Part shown: positions 26,585 to 39,325 of the stretch, piece by piece | Position numbering within the stretch: position 1 is the stretch's first letter | Layout: the number at the start of each line of letters is the position of its first letter | Source: Eledone cirrhosa | Lineage: Eukaryota | Direction: 5' to 3' | Assembly: GCA_964016885.1 (NCBI GenBank) | Contig: OZ024740.1 | Span: 41,602,001-41,666,000, forward strand | Length of the DNA: 64,000 bases | The notes under the pieces: generated by a model | What the model saw: only the letters and a program-made list of their open reading frames with translations | Databases searched by the model: none | What the model was told of the DNA's origin: nothing | Position numbers and translations under genes: made by a program

Positions 26585-28969
26585 CATACATATACATACA
26601 TACACACATGTATGTGTATATATATATACATACATATGCCTATATACACACACATATGTGTGAATAATATTTTTTCTTATCTGACAATCAACAATGGAGT
26701 TATGTTCAAGATGTCAAGGTTTTTATTGTTACAACTCAGTTCTGCATTCACGTTCTTTTTTTTGTCCACCCTATAAATCCTAGAGAAACAATCTCGCCAT
26801 TCCTACAACAATGGCGTTTAATTTTCTAGACATCCTTTGAGAAATATATTAATAATAACGATAACAATAATAGTAATAATAATAATACAACATATTTACG
26901 TATCTCATCCATTCTTCTCCGAATTTTCCTTTGACAGTCTCAGTTTAATATTTGTAGAACAACGTTGCAAACAAAATTATATTAAAAAAAAATCTTATTT
27001 TATGACAAAAGTCATAATCGAGTGCATTTTCTTAATTTAAAATATAAGATGTAGGACATCAGTCATAAGACTATGTTGCTCTATGATGTTTTCTTTTCTA
27101 AATGTCTAGATATTTATATATTGTTTAACTGTCACGCGGAACAACTTATATATAAACATTACTAACACAAAGACATCAAACATCTAAATATACGCAGGGA
27201 GATAAAAATACAAAAGCTGGGTGTGAAGTTTGAATAATTTAAGAGAAAACATTCTAACAATGATGTGTGTGGCAAGAAAAATGAAATAATAGAGAAACGC
27301 TACTCACAAGGAAAAGGAAAGATAACTCTCTGCTACAACAATTTATTGGACCTAAGCAGGAATCTAAATTTCTCCAACTCGATAACTGGATAAAGATATC
27401 CTCCTCCTCTCCCTCCTTGGAAGTTATTGGCTTAGATATGAGAATCACTAAGCGACGAGAAAGTTGATGTCCAGATGAATGTAGCTGAAAACGTAGCGTG
27501 GCAAAAGTATTTGTGCAAAGTTGTCGGTAGATGACCTTAAGTTTTAAAAAGCAACTGAGTGCAATAGGTCACTATAGGTTTATTTGTTGGATTCTCACTT
27601 GGACATTTTCTCGGAAAACATTTATAAAATTATGAACTTTCGAATCTTTTTGGTAAAAGCTTACATAAATGTCATTGTAAATAAGTAAGAAACAAAACAT
27701 TTGAGACATATTACACATTTCGTCTCATTAAAGATATATTGGAAAGAAAAAAGAATGTTCACTACAAAACTGTTAAAGTGTCGCTATATTTTATTTACGT
27801 TGGAACAAGATTAAAAAGTATAAAGTAAGGAAATTGAAATCGTAGGATGCTCATACCATCTTGAAAAGTAAATACTTGTGAAGTTATATAGTTTCAATCA
27901 AGAATCGAAACCTGTTCGCTAACTTGGTTAACTGTCTACTGTTTATTTAGATATAGGGTTAATAGTGAAAAGGGTGCAGCAGTGAATACAATTGAATATA
28001 GTCTGGATGAATAAAAGACCATGTGTTCTTAGTGAGAGGACTGAAACTAAATCCTGTATGCTTTTTGTTGTGGTTACTGTATTAACATTCTCCTTGCTGA
28101 CCTCCATTATGTCACCTAATATTTTTTTGAGGAGGTACATTTTAAAGGAAGATAAAATACAGAAGATTGTGATATTTATTATTCCTTTCCCAGGAGTGTT
28201 TGTGGTCTAAGTGAAATGAACTAGATTGTATCAGGAACTGAAACTGTTTCGCAGTTAGAATTTTCCGGCAAGTAACTGTTTTGTTACCAGAAAAGACGGC
28301 AATAGCAGAGAAGTTCCAGCAAGCTAAAACCTCAGCTTGTTTTAACTTCAGTTGAAATAATATCTGTTACGCTATTTAATTCGCTTGAAGAAAGCGTGGA
28401 TATTATAACAACCCATTTGCCTTCTCTAAGACTATGAACCTTATTGATTATTAGAGATGGAACCGATACGAAGAAATTAAAGAATTATTGATCGACTCAA
28501 GATTGAAGTTTCTTTGACTCCTCATGGTACGCAACACAAGCATAGAAGCATGAAGCTGAAGGCATCATTTGATGTTTAAAGAGGAGGAAACTGAAAAGCT
28601 ACCGATTAAAAAGGAAGACACACATTAGATATTTCAAACCTAGATACTCTGACTCAAATAAAACTACAGAGTATCCAAAAGGGTAGATCCCAGTAAAATA
28701 ATTTAAAATAAAACTTCACAAGCATTTCACCCTTGTGGTAGAACATTCGTTGTATTTTTATTTGAGATATTCTTACTCCTATCTCTCTCTTTATTTATAT
28801 ATATATATATAGTAATAATCATAAATGTGAAGACTAAAATCCGAAGAGGTCTAGATAAGGATAATATATATATAAAAATATATTAAAACCTTAACAGGTG
28901 AAAGCAGTGATTCTTTGCTTAAACTTTAATCTGTTATTTTAATATATATACATACATATATATATATAC

Positions 28970-29019
<50 letters not shown>

Positions 29020-29027
<8 letters not shown>

Positions 29028-29291
29028 GACGTAAAATAAGAAAATATTTTTTTAAAAAAAATTTAAAAAAAATTTTTTTCTTACTTAAATTTTCACTCCA
29101 GGAGTGAAAATTTAAGTAAGAAAAAAATTTTTTTTAAATTTTTTTTAAAAAAATATTTTCTTATTTTACGTCCTTTATATTATTGTTCTGCATTCTCCTG
29201 CATTGAACCACCTAGGTACTATGACATAACCTGTGTATTTGCTGGCATGGGCGTGCATCTGTGCGCTTATGTTAGTTGATATATTAAATTA

Positions 29292-29293
<2 letters not shown>
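29020..29293 (+). mobile_element. Palindrome with 80-bp arms and a 1-nt loop at 29100, plus a tail of about 113 bp, inside (TA)n
   Basis: ...AAATTTTCACTCC-A-GGAGTGAAAATTT... is symmetric out to 29020/29180. Confidence 0.8.
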
Positions 29294-29329
<36 letters not shown>

Positions 29330-29331
<2 letters not shown>

Positions 29332-29515
29332 TAAGTTATTCTGGGTTGAATCGGAGGTAACCACAGTAAGTAAGGTACTCAATACATAGCAGAGTATAAA
29401 AGTTTTAATATAGATGAGATTCTACAGGACTAGAACTGTTTCATTCTTTAGAAATCATCAGGATTCCTGATGATTTCTAAAAAATGAAACAGTTCTAGTC
29501 CTGTAGAATCTCATC

Positions 29516-29520
<5 letters not shown>
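29330..29520 (-). mobile_element. Near-perfect palindrome (29408-29520, centre 29464) with a hammerhead-like core and a tail of about 78 bp, inside (TA)n
   Basis: GAAATCATCAGGA-T-TCCTGATGATTTC. Both strands read CTGATGA-TTTCTAAA(G/A)AAT-GAAACAGTTC. Confidence 0.75.
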
Positions 29521-29561
<41 letters not shown>

Positions 29562-29568
29562 AAATATA

Positions 29569-32081
29569 TGACAAGTGAAAAACAAAAACAATAACAAAGA
29601 GTGCAGTTACGAACAGAGTTGGTATTAGGTTCACGCTTGAGAGTGTTGGGTGGGGGACGACGTTTCGGGCATAAGCCCTTCACCAGGAGACAGATGGGAA
29701 GGAAGAGTTCCGAGAGGGTGTGAGGGAGGAGTGGTGGAAAAACATTAAAATAAAGGGAAACAAATTAAAATGAAGGAAAAAGAATTAAAATGAAAACAAG
29801 TGGGGGAAGGGTGTGAGGCGTGTAGAGGTCGTGGTGGGTGGATGGAGGGTGAGGGAGAGGGGAGAAGGAAATTGGGGGTCCAAGCGGGGAGGGAAGAAGG
29901 TGATGTGTGCGAATGTGTGTAGGTGTACGTGTGTGTATGCGTGAATGTGTGTGTGAGAGTTTGGGGGAGAACGGGGTTCCATGCTCGTGTATTAGGAAAA
30001 CCAGTGTGTACATGGGGTGGGGTGTAAGTCTGTGTGTGTGTGCGTGTGGATGGAGAGGGGTTGGAAGAGGTGGGGGAGAGGGAGCGTGCGGAGTCCGGAG
30101 GCAAAGTAGGTGTATCTGAGGGTACGCACGTGTGTGGGTGTGTGTGTTCCTGAATGTTTTTCCGGTGAGTGTGCGGACAGATGGTGAACAATTCGGGTAT
30201 TAAATGGGGGATGTCCAGAGCGTAGAATTGGTGAGGAGGAAAGAGAAAGTTGTGGGGCGCGCGCAACAGGAAGTGGTCTAGAGGGTCAAGAAAGGGGGTG
30301 TAGAAGGCATGTGTGAAGGATGGGAGAGAGAGAGGAGATATCAGTCAAGAGAGCAAGGAACATTCAGGCAGTGGTAGTTGGCAGGTGTGGCCTGTATGTG
30401 TGTGTACAATGTGTGTGTCTGTGTGTGTGTGTGCGGAGGTGCGGTGGACAGAAGTGGAGGTGGTCAGTGTGAAAAGTTGAGGGAGAGGGTGATGGTGTGT
30501 GTAGGGTGTGTGTGTATATTAGTGGAAGTGTTAGTAGGATGTGTGTGTATGGGGGGGTGTTGGAAGTACGGGGGGAAGAGAGGTACTGGGTACTGTATGA
30601 TGAGTGTAATATAGTGGTGTGGAGTTGGTTGTGTATCGGTGTGTATGTTGGTATGGGTGAGAGTATATATGCTGGTGTGTGTTCGTGTGTGCGTAGTGAG
30701 GGGGAAGGTGGGTTGGGGGTGGGGGTGGGGGTGTTTAGTATTATTTGTGGTGGGGTGGTCGAATGTGGATGTGTGGGTGGAGGTTAGTGGTGGTAGTAGG
30801 GTGTGTGAATAGTGTGAGTGAGTGTATATATATATACTAGTGTGTGTGCGTGTTGAGGGTGAGAGTGCGTGTGTGGTAGGGGAGGGGTGGGGGTTAGTAT
30901 TATTAGTGGTGGGATGAACCAAGGGTTTGGGGGTGGCTGGAAGTGGAGGGGACTGTGAATCTTGGGAGTGTTTTAGTGGTGTTAGTAGGTGTGTGTAGGG
31001 GAGGATGAGGGAACGGTCGAAGGCTAAAGGGGGAGAGTGTGGAGTTCAGGCCGTGTGTGTGTGTGGGGGTGGGGGGGGGGGGGGTCTGTAGGGTGAAGAT
31101 GGTGTATTGTTCGGCCCTAAGTCGGGTTTCGGGGGTCCCATGGCATTCAATCAGGCCGCAGACGGTGAAGTTGCTGGCGGAGTGTCCAGTGGATCCAAAG
31201 TAGCGGTCGATGAGGGAAATCCCGCCCGACACGAATGTTTCAGAGGTCCCGCGTGTACCGATCCGCCAGGCGACGTCCGGTCTGTCCGACATAGGTCGTA
31301 CTGCACTCCGTGCAGCGAAGTCCATAGACGAGGTTGGAGGAGGTGCAGCGGAAGGCATGACGGACAGAGAGAGAGAGAGTAGCCGTTGGGACCCTGGAAG
31401 GTGGTGGTGTTGGTAATGTGGGGGCAGGTGTGGCAGCGGCGTATGGAGCATGGAAGGGAACCGGGGGGGGGGGGGGGGGCTGCAGACGAGGTGGTTGCGG
31501 AATTTGCGCGCGCGTTTGAAGGATGGGAGGGGTGGGGATGGGAAGATGGGGGAGGTGGAGGGGTCGGACTGGAGGCGTCGAAAGAGGCGGAGGATGGTGT
31601 GGTGGAAGGGTGGTAGGCGAAGGGGAAGGGGAGACGGTAGGTGGGGGCGCGGGGACGTGGGGTGAGGGCGGTGGAGCGGCGGACTGCGCGGGTGTGAGTG
31701 AGGGAGGCGTGGACGAGGGAGGGGGAGGCGTGGACGAGTGAAATGGCTGACCACAGACAGGATCGGGGTCTCGAAGCAGCATCTCGGTTGCAGAGGCGGT
31801 GGATCTGGAGGAGTTGGACTTAAGGAATGGAGTGTTTGATGTATGTGGGGTGGGAGGAGGTGAAGTCGAGGTAGGAGTGGGAGTCGGTGGGTTTGAAGAA
31901 GGCGGAGGTGACGAGGGAGTGGTGGGAGGGGTCGATGGCGACGGAGATGTCTAAGAAGTGGATGTGGGTGGTGGAGATAGAGGTGGGGAAGTGGAGGGAG
32001 GGGTGGAAAGAGCAGAAGAAGGAGAGAAAGGAGTTGAGCTGTTCTCGGCTGAGGGTCGTGGCGCCGATGCAGTCGTCAATG

Positions 32082-32085
<4 letters not shown>
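29569..32085 (-). mobile_element. 5'-truncated Penelope-like element, Neptune-like, frameshifted
   Basis: Minus strand starts at RT motif YIDDCIG, then FLD..., FFKPTDSHSYL...HP, a Cys linker FPCSIRRCHTCPH, and GIY-YIG NLVYGLRCTECSTTYVGQTGRRLADR. CA-rich 3' region; (TA)n on both flanks. Confidence 0.88.
29655..29692 (-). ncRNA. Hammerhead motif (core variant CTGGTGA) in the pLTR of the Neptune-like PLE
   Basis: CTGGTGA-A-GGGC-TTAT-GCCC-GAAAC-GTC. Perfect stem II, one core substitution. Confidence 0.6.
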
Positions 32086-32129
<44 letters not shown>

Positions 32130-32337
32130 ATAATAATAATTAAGGGTGAAAGCAGCGATTCTTTGCTTAAACTTTAATCTGTTATTTTAATAAATATATA
32201 TATATATATATGTTATATATATATATATATATATATATATGTTATATATATATATATATTATATATATATATATATATATGCGTCCAGAATTAGCCGTCG
32301 AAACGGCTTGAGCTCAGCTGTCGGGGTCTTACTGGTT

Positions 32338-32420
<83 letters not shown>

Positions 32421-32591
32421 ATATATATGAGAAAGCTTTTTAGCGATACTCCGGCCAAATTCCAACTCACTCAACAAACATTAGGAAATAAGTGATTATA
32501 TTCCCAATTATGCGTTCGGGGTGCTAACTAAAAGTATTGCGTGGAAAATTGGCTGTATTATTTCATATGAGACATATCTAATATATCTCTT

Positions 32592-32718
32592 CCCAGACGG
32601 ACGTCTCGTTTCATTATAGGATTCCTACAATTTGGGTGAAATTATACCAGTTTATGTAGGAGCTTGTATACCATCAATAGATATATATTCAAGTGGGCTC
32701 CTATAATTCATCAGTGGG
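32592..32718 (-). ncRNA. Type-I hammerhead ribozyme with a long stem-II insert
   Basis: CCCA-CTGATGA-ATTATAGGA...TCCTATAAT-GAAAC-GAGACGTCC-GTC|TGGG. 9-bp stem II, stem I CCCA/TGGG, GUC cleavage site. Confidence 0.8.
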
Positions 32719-33066
32719 TGCCCCAATAATACTAATATTGATAATCTAACCAACATCAGTATTTAGCGATAATCATCATCCTCTGTGCCTGAGGTATCTG
32801 TCAGGTTGCCAGTCCAGCAGTTCTAAAGAAGTGCTCAAACTGATTAAAAAAATAAGGAAGTAAATATATATATGAGAATAGGGATAAAAAGACGATTGTT
32901 AGGAAGAAAAATATATTTTTTTCCTTTTTATTTTCTCTCTTTTTTGTGGGTTAGAAAATGTTTAAAACAAAATATTTTACTTTGTGTGAAGTGTTAAGGT
33001 ATTAATTAATTTATTTATTAATTAACAATGGCATTTATTTATTTGTTTATATATTTAATAATTGTC

Positions 33067-33103
33067 TATTACCGGTTTCAGCATTTTTATGCATTATCAA
33101 ATG
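33067..33103 (-). ncRNA. Degenerate minimal hammerhead motif
   Basis: TTGATAA-T-GCAT-AAAA-ATGC-T-GAAACCGGTA. Palindromic stem III, but two core changes. Confidence 0.35.
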
Positions 33104-33206
33104 ATAATAATATGTATTGGTGTAAATTGGTGATTTTTATATATATATGTATGTATGTATATATATATATATATGTATGTGTGGATATATATATATGTAT
33201 ATGTGT

Positions 33207-33302
<96 letters not shown>

Positions 33303-33304
<2 letters not shown>

Positions 33305-33875
33305 TAAATTTCTTTAAGTCGTTTGGAAGCCTCGACAATGCAGATGGGTAAATCTCCGGGTAACAAGATCCGGTGGTGGAGAGAGAGATGTAAATGGGTG
33401 TACGTTGAGATGCGTGGCGTGTATAAGACTGTAGTGTGTAGAGGAATGAAGGAAAGAGCGTAAAGGATAAAAATAAAAATAACAACACGCGATAGAATTA
33501 CCTTGGGAGAGATTTAATTGTCCCTATATATTTCGGAATCACATCCATCAACTGGGGCTTTTTGGGGGGGGGGGAGGAGGCTGTCGGAAAGGTGCAAAAC
33601 GTGTCCTCCGCTGTTCGTTGTAGAGCGCATGCAAGGTAACTCTATCTCGTGTGGTAATTTTTATTTTTATCCTTTAGCTATTTCCTTCATTCCTCTACAC
33701 ACTACAGTCTTATACACGCCACGCATCTCAACGTACACCCACTTACATCTCTCTCTCCACCACCGGATCTTGTTACCCGGAGATTTACCCACCTGCATTG
33801 TCGAGGCTTCCAAACGATTTAAAGAAATTTACCTTATTATTCCACAATGCTTCAAGCAAACTTCAATACTCTCTT
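33303..33875 (+). mobile_element. Fold-back insertion in (TA)n: inverted arms about 33303-33505 / 33632-33833 plus a tail of about 42 bp
   Basis: GGTAAATTTCTTTAAGTCGTTTGGAAGCCTCGACAATGCAG pairs with CTGCATTGTCGAGGCTTCCAAACGATTTAAAGAAATTTACC. The tail CACAATGCTTCAAG recurs at about 45835. Confidence 0.8.
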
Positions 33876-34319
33876 ATATATATATATATATATATGAGAA
33901 GGAATAGAGAAAGGATAAATAAAGTCAAGGCGATGGGCAGAGGAAGGGGAAGAAAGCGTAATAGATCGACTAGCAAGTTTCGTTTACTTCATTAAAGGTA
34001 TTGAGTTAAACTTTTCCCTTATTCACACAAAGTTAGCACCATCTAATCCTGGTCTGGAGAACCGAGAGGCAACCTCAGCGACAGATCAGCATAACACTCT
34101 GTCTCTGGCAGTTTCATTTTCATTGAGTTGTACGTCATAACTAAGGTAACAAATATACTTCCCATAGCTTGGTTTCTATCTGGCCCTGATTCGTTGCTTA
34201 TGTTGTGAGACATACAGACAGTATTGCTGAATCAAATCTTCCTTGTTTCTAATAGAATGTTTAATGGGCGATCACTGTGCTAACTAGTGGACAGGCACTT
34301 AGATATTGATTGGTGATAA

Positions 34320-34520
34320 TGGTCAGTTCTGCTGATGATAAGTATGATTATCAGGCACTGAATTTGAAAGGTTTTAATTTTCTCCCCTTGGACAGCATTT
34401 TGGAAATTGAAAAATATTTGTAAGTAGAGTGCCAGCATCTCACTTAAAATAAATGTTATTAAAGTATCAGTCCTGTATGTTCTCCTCTATGCATCCCAGT
34501 GGCACACCCCAACAAAGACA
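34320..34520 (+). pseudogene. Decayed RTE-like RT C-terminal fragment
   Basis: Translates as TAFWKLKNICK*SASISLKINVIKVSVLYVLLYASQW, similar to RTE-type AF.KL..IW....SL..K...F...VL.VLLYG.E.W. Confidence 0.5.
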
Positions 34521-35149
34521 GCCCTATTTAGAAGATTTGGCAAAGTATGAGTTTCTAAAGGGTGACAACTTTCGATAACCTACGCAGATATAAAGTCTTT
34601 AAGAATCTCATCCTCGATCGTATGTAATACAGGATTCCTGCTGTCTTATTTGAAGAAAAACCTGGAGAAAATTTCAATACGATTTAGTGTGCAAATTTCA
34701 CTTGCAAGTAATTAGAAAATGAACAACGAAAGGCGCGATTTCATTTTCTCTCTGAGAATAGTCGTGATTATTAAATAGTTTTCCAATTAACAGCGAGATG
34801 GTTTTGAGGTATAATGATTGCATAGAGAAAGAAATGAGCAAAATGTTGACATGAATTTCAAATCTACTGTAGGCGTTTCTATCAAACGTCATCACTTTCG
34901 ATGTAACCAAGGTTACATGGTTTCTTGTTTAACTAAATTCAATCAAGACATTTTTATTTGTTTTCATCCATTGTTTTAGTTATCACAATAAATTCCTAAT
35001 AATATTTAATACATTGGACATGTTAAATCCGAATTATTTTAGTTAAGGATTAAATCTTTACTAATACAAAATGAAGTATTTTATTTAGTATCTTGACATC
35101 AGTTAATGTTAGATTTCTGTCGTTTCCGAACACGAGTGTTGCAGTTGAT

Positions 35150-35415
35150 TCAATCCACGGAACTACCTGTACCTAAAATCAATGTATAAGTGGCTCAGCA
35201 TTCCAAAGGCACGTGTACTCACAACGGGAGTTTCAGTGTGCAACAATGCTGCGCTCATGAATTGCAGACGCAATTCATTTTTGCCAGCTGAATGGACTGG
35301 AACAACGAGAAATAAAGCATCTTGCTCAAGAACACAACGTACTGCACGGTTCGGGAATCGAACTCAAGACCTTACGATCGTGAGATGAACAGCCTAACCA
35401 CTAAGCTACTCACGT
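35150..35415 (-). mobile_element. Second tRNA-derived SINE family (CORE/V-domain-like)
   Basis: Minus strand TAGCTTAGTGGTTAGG (A-box)...GAGTTCGATTCC (B-box)...GTGTTCTTGAGCAAG. Related copy at 47451. Confidence 0.7.
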
Positions 35416-35474
35416 GCCTTCACTGACATCAGTTAATGTGAAATTTAAAAGAAAATTGTGAATATGTGCTTGCA

Positions 35475-35516
35475 CACACGGAGGTACACACACACAAACA
35501 CACGCGCACAAACACA

Positions 35517-35554
<38 letters not shown>

Positions 35555-35595
35555 CATATATACACGCACACACACACACAGGCATATATACACGC

Positions 35596-35639
<44 letters not shown>

Positions 35640-35640
35640 C
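35475..35640. repeat. Imperfect (CA)n microsatellite
   Basis: Directly visible. Confidence 0.9.
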
Positions 35641-35814
35641 ATATACAAGAACTTAATATACATGTGTATAATTTTACTTAAAAATTCTTGTGATAAAAAG
35701 CAAATATTTCACGTGGACTAGATTAAGTCTAGACAAGATATCTTTTTATCATTGAGAAATCCACTTCAAATTAACGTCCATTTTATTGTAAATATTTGTT
35801 TCTACTATAATCAG

Positions 35815-36230
35815 AAGGCCAGCAATTTGAAGGGAAGGGGGAAGTCGATTAAATCGACCTTAGTGCATTATTGGTATTTTATTTTATCAACCCCGTAAGG
35901 ATGAAAGGCGATTTGAACTCAGAACATAAAAGGCCGTAACTCTATGCTGCAAAGCACGGTGTCCGAAACTCTATCGATTCTACCAATCCACCGCTATTAC
36001 AGAATAGTTCTCCTCAGTCTGGTTAGCTATCTAAACACAATAATTGTTTCTACTATTGGCACAAGGCCAGCAATTATTCCAGTGTATTACTGGTACGTTA
36101 TTTTATCGACCCCATAAGGATGAAAGGCAAAGTTAACCTCGGCGGGATTTGAACTCAGATCATAAAGGGCCGTAACTCTTTGCTGCAAAGCATGGCGTCC
36201 GACCCTCTACCGATACTGCCAATCCACCGA
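35815..36230 (-). mobile_element. Two SINE copies of the 17695 family (36041-36230 short variant, 35815-35996 long variant)
   Basis: Reverse-complement B-boxes (G)GATTTGAACTC and TTTTATCGACCCC.TAAGGATGAAAGGC. Confidence 0.85.
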
Positions 36231-36619
36231 TTGGAAAATACATTGCCACAAATAAGCAGGTTCTGTTGCATTGAGTTGATAAATAACATTTGAATTCGTA
36301 CAATTAGTTATGAGAGTTGCATAACTAAACATCAAGAATTGTGAAGTAATCGATTTGTAACAGCTGTCACAACATTTGTAGGGAAATAAAAGCCCATTAA
36401 GTTAAAGTTTAGGAGAAAATAAAATGATACACTGGCATGATGAGGGGAAATAGAACAAAAAAGAATAAAAAAAAATCATCCCAAAACTTTAAAATAAAAC
36501 AAAAAACATTAGAAAGACTAGCATGTTGACACACATTAAAGTATCAGTGACTAGAAAGTGGTTTATATAGTAATGGATTGATTGTGGAAGATTGCAATAT
36601 ATATCTTTCGAAGGGATAC

Positions 36620-36830
36620 TGTAATATACAGTAATAGTTATATGGGTCATAAGGTGTAGGAAACTCTTATACACGAAGTAATATACAGTAATATTTACAT
36701 GGGTCATAAGTTCTCAGTAGATGTTACATTTACAGTATATATACATGGGTCATATAATCTAAATAACTGGTATATATAGAGTATTATATACGCGAGTCAC
36801 AAGGTCTAGATAACTGTTACATACAGTAAT
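36620..36830. repeat. Diverged copies of the roughly 50-bp GGGTCATAAG...TAACTGTT minisatellite
   Basis: Recurrent ATACAGTAAT...ATGGGTCATAAG motif, same unit as 46235-47352. Confidence 0.7.
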
Positions 36831-36834
36831 AAAA

Positions 36835-37440
36835 AAAATAGAAGCCAAGTTTACACGACATTTAAATTAGCTCAACAAATTGACGGAGCCGAATATATCA
36901 AAGGTATATATTGAGTTAGAAACTAAAAATAGTCTCTTACAATTAAATAGCTGTGTTTATCTCTCTTTTATATTCAATTATACTATACCGCTCTGAAAAA
37001 TCTCTTTCCTAGAGCTATTTAATTGTAAGAGACTATTTTGAGTTTCTAACCTTTGATATATTCGGCTCCGTCAATATGTTGAGCTAATTTAAATGTCGAG
37101 CAAACTTGGCTGCTATTTTTAGTGGTATAAGTTTATGAGACACGCTAGGTTCTGATGCCATGTGCGTTATTTTATATACGCACACTATTCAGTTTTCTGA
37201 GATACTTAAAAGTGTAAAGTTTACTAATTTTACACCCACTGATGAGCAATAAGAATTAGTGATTCTCTTCATAATTAAATTACGAAACAGCATCGCCAAA
37301 CGTTGTCTGGGTGTTTGGTAGTTACCACAATTCCGATTTGTATTTATTTTCTTGATTTATTCTTAAATTGAGTCATGCAAACCCTATTGTCCATAGTTAG
37401 ATTCTTTTTCACCCTAGCGAATCTGTTCCCTTACGATTTC

Positions 37441-37442
<2 letters not shown>
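36835..37442 (+). mobile_element. Fold-back PLE-type insertion: inverted arms about 36835-36952 / 37013-37120, then a hammerhead, ending in (CA)n
   Basis: GACATTTAAATTAGCTCAACA..TTGACGGAGCCGAATATATCAAAGGT pairs with ACCTTTGATATATTCGGCTCCGTCAA..TGTTGAGCTAATTTAAATGTC. Confidence 0.75.
37232..37314 (+). ncRNA. Type-I hammerhead ribozyme with all three stems
   Basis: ACACCCA-CTGATGA-GCAAT...ATTAC-GAAA-CAGC...GTTG-TC|TGGGTGT. 7-bp stem I; predicted GUC cleavage after 37307. Confidence 0.82.
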
Positions 37443-37728
<286 letters not shown>

Positions 37729-37871
37729 CATGGGCCATAAATTCTCGGTAACTGTTTCTTATGTATAATGACTAGAGGACTACGAGACTGTGTCAGGAAT
37801 ATTTGTTCTCAACGTTATTAAAATAAGTTGGATTACTTTGAATAAATCATGAAAGAATATTATGTAATTAT

Positions 37872-38278
37872 CTACTAAATTTCGTAACTGTTAATTAAAC
37901 ATAAATATTCTTGTATATAATGATTGCTTATTTTAAGATTCACTTCTTTTAACATTTTCAAATGTCATTACTTCCGGTTATGATATAATGGACGCTATAT
38001 CATATCGCGTATATAAACTTCATATATTTTCATTGTTATATCATAACGTTTATATTTCCGTCGCTAATTTTCTCCTTTTTCGTTTTCATTTCATTTCGCT
38101 GTAATGCAGTTTATATATAATATCCTCTTTTTAAAATGTATCATGGATTACTTTACTTACAGAAGAAGAGTGTAACACAGTCTCTCTTCAATTTCTGTGT
38201 ATATTGTCAATTACAATTTTATTTGACGTATCATATCCACATGCATGTATATTCGCGTAGGGTGGTTTTCTGATAGTA
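37872..38278 (+). mobile_element. Dispersed repeat copy 2 (inverse of 21438-21822), possibly Helitron-like
   Basis: Shared blocks TATATTTCCGTCGCTAATTTTCTCC and AATGTATCATGGATTACTTTACT; ends GGGTGGTTTTCTGATAGT. Confidence 0.55.
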
Positions 38279-38279
38279 T

Positions 38280-38505
38280 ATATAGTAATAATTCCAAGGG
38301 TCATAAGTCATAGTTAACTGTTAGATATACAGTAATGTTTACAAGGGTCATAAGTGATAGGTAAGTGTTAGATATACAGTAATAATTACAACGGTCATAA
38401 GTCCTAGGTAACTGTTATATATACAATATATATATTTAAGGGTCATAAGTCCTAGGTAACTGTTATATATACAATATATATACAAGGGTCATAAGTTCTA
38501 GGTAA

Positions 38506-38510
<5 letters not shown>
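38280..38510. repeat. Roughly 40-50-bp minisatellite copies (GGGTCATAAGT.CTAGGTAACTGTT)
   Basis: About five units; the last runs directly into (TA)n. Confidence 0.85.
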
Positions 38511-38542
<32 letters not shown>

Positions 38543-38573
38543 ATTTAAATGGATACAGTTCAGTAAAAGGAAT

Positions 38574-38694
38574 TTATTGACACGTGTTTCAATAACAGTT
38601 ATATAACCTGAAAACAGCTGCTATCTACAAAGTATTAATTATGCAGACACTCAATATTTCAATGTTATTTTCAACTATCATTTCATCAGAATAA
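38574..38694 (-). ncRNA. Antisense copy of the 42785 hammerhead in the inverted arm
   Basis: Reverse complement of 42785-42905. Confidence 0.8.
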
Positions 38695-39265
38695 TCTCGT
38701 TGAGAACTTGTTTGGTTTTTATAGAGAATATTAAGAGGGGGGAGTGGAATTAGAAGAATAGTTAAGGGAGTGTATATGAATTTTTTGATAGCAGTGGGTA
38801 ATTAGATTCCCATCTGTTGTTTTGACATTTTTATAGAATACATTATTTGGCGTTGGTTATTTTTCTAAATCTATAGAAGGATTAGAGATAGTAAAGATAT
38901 GCATGGTTGGTTTTGTGTTTGCACTTAATTAACATACAGACTTAAATTTTTCTTTCAAGTGTGTGTATCCGTTCGCCCATACATAGATATATGTGTATAT
39001 ATACTTATTTTTTTAAAAAACATACACATTCACACACATACATATATGCACACCTCTACAAATACATACACTCACATACACATACTAACATGCTCATACT
39101 TACATACATATATACATGTACATATATATATATATGTATATATATATATACATATACATATATATATGTACCCACATACGCATTCATGTATATACACTTT
39201 CATACTCCACTTATCTTCATATACACACATATATAGACACACATATATACATACATACTCCTGTC

Positions 39266-39325
<60 letters not shown>

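Noticed and set aside
27250-28760. Possible very old LINE relic on the minus strand
   Set aside because: Only faint hints such as GFSLLELLCY; no diagnostic motif could be read. It needs a profile-HMM search.
29745-31782. Proline-rich host protein or CpG-island gene
   Set aside because: Alternative frames and the CA-rich UTR of the Neptune-like PLE.
33575-33610. Hammerhead-like GGAGG-CTGTCGG...AAAACGTGTCCTCC in the fold-back spacer
   Set aside because: Stem I fits, but both catalytic boxes are altered and stem II is missing.
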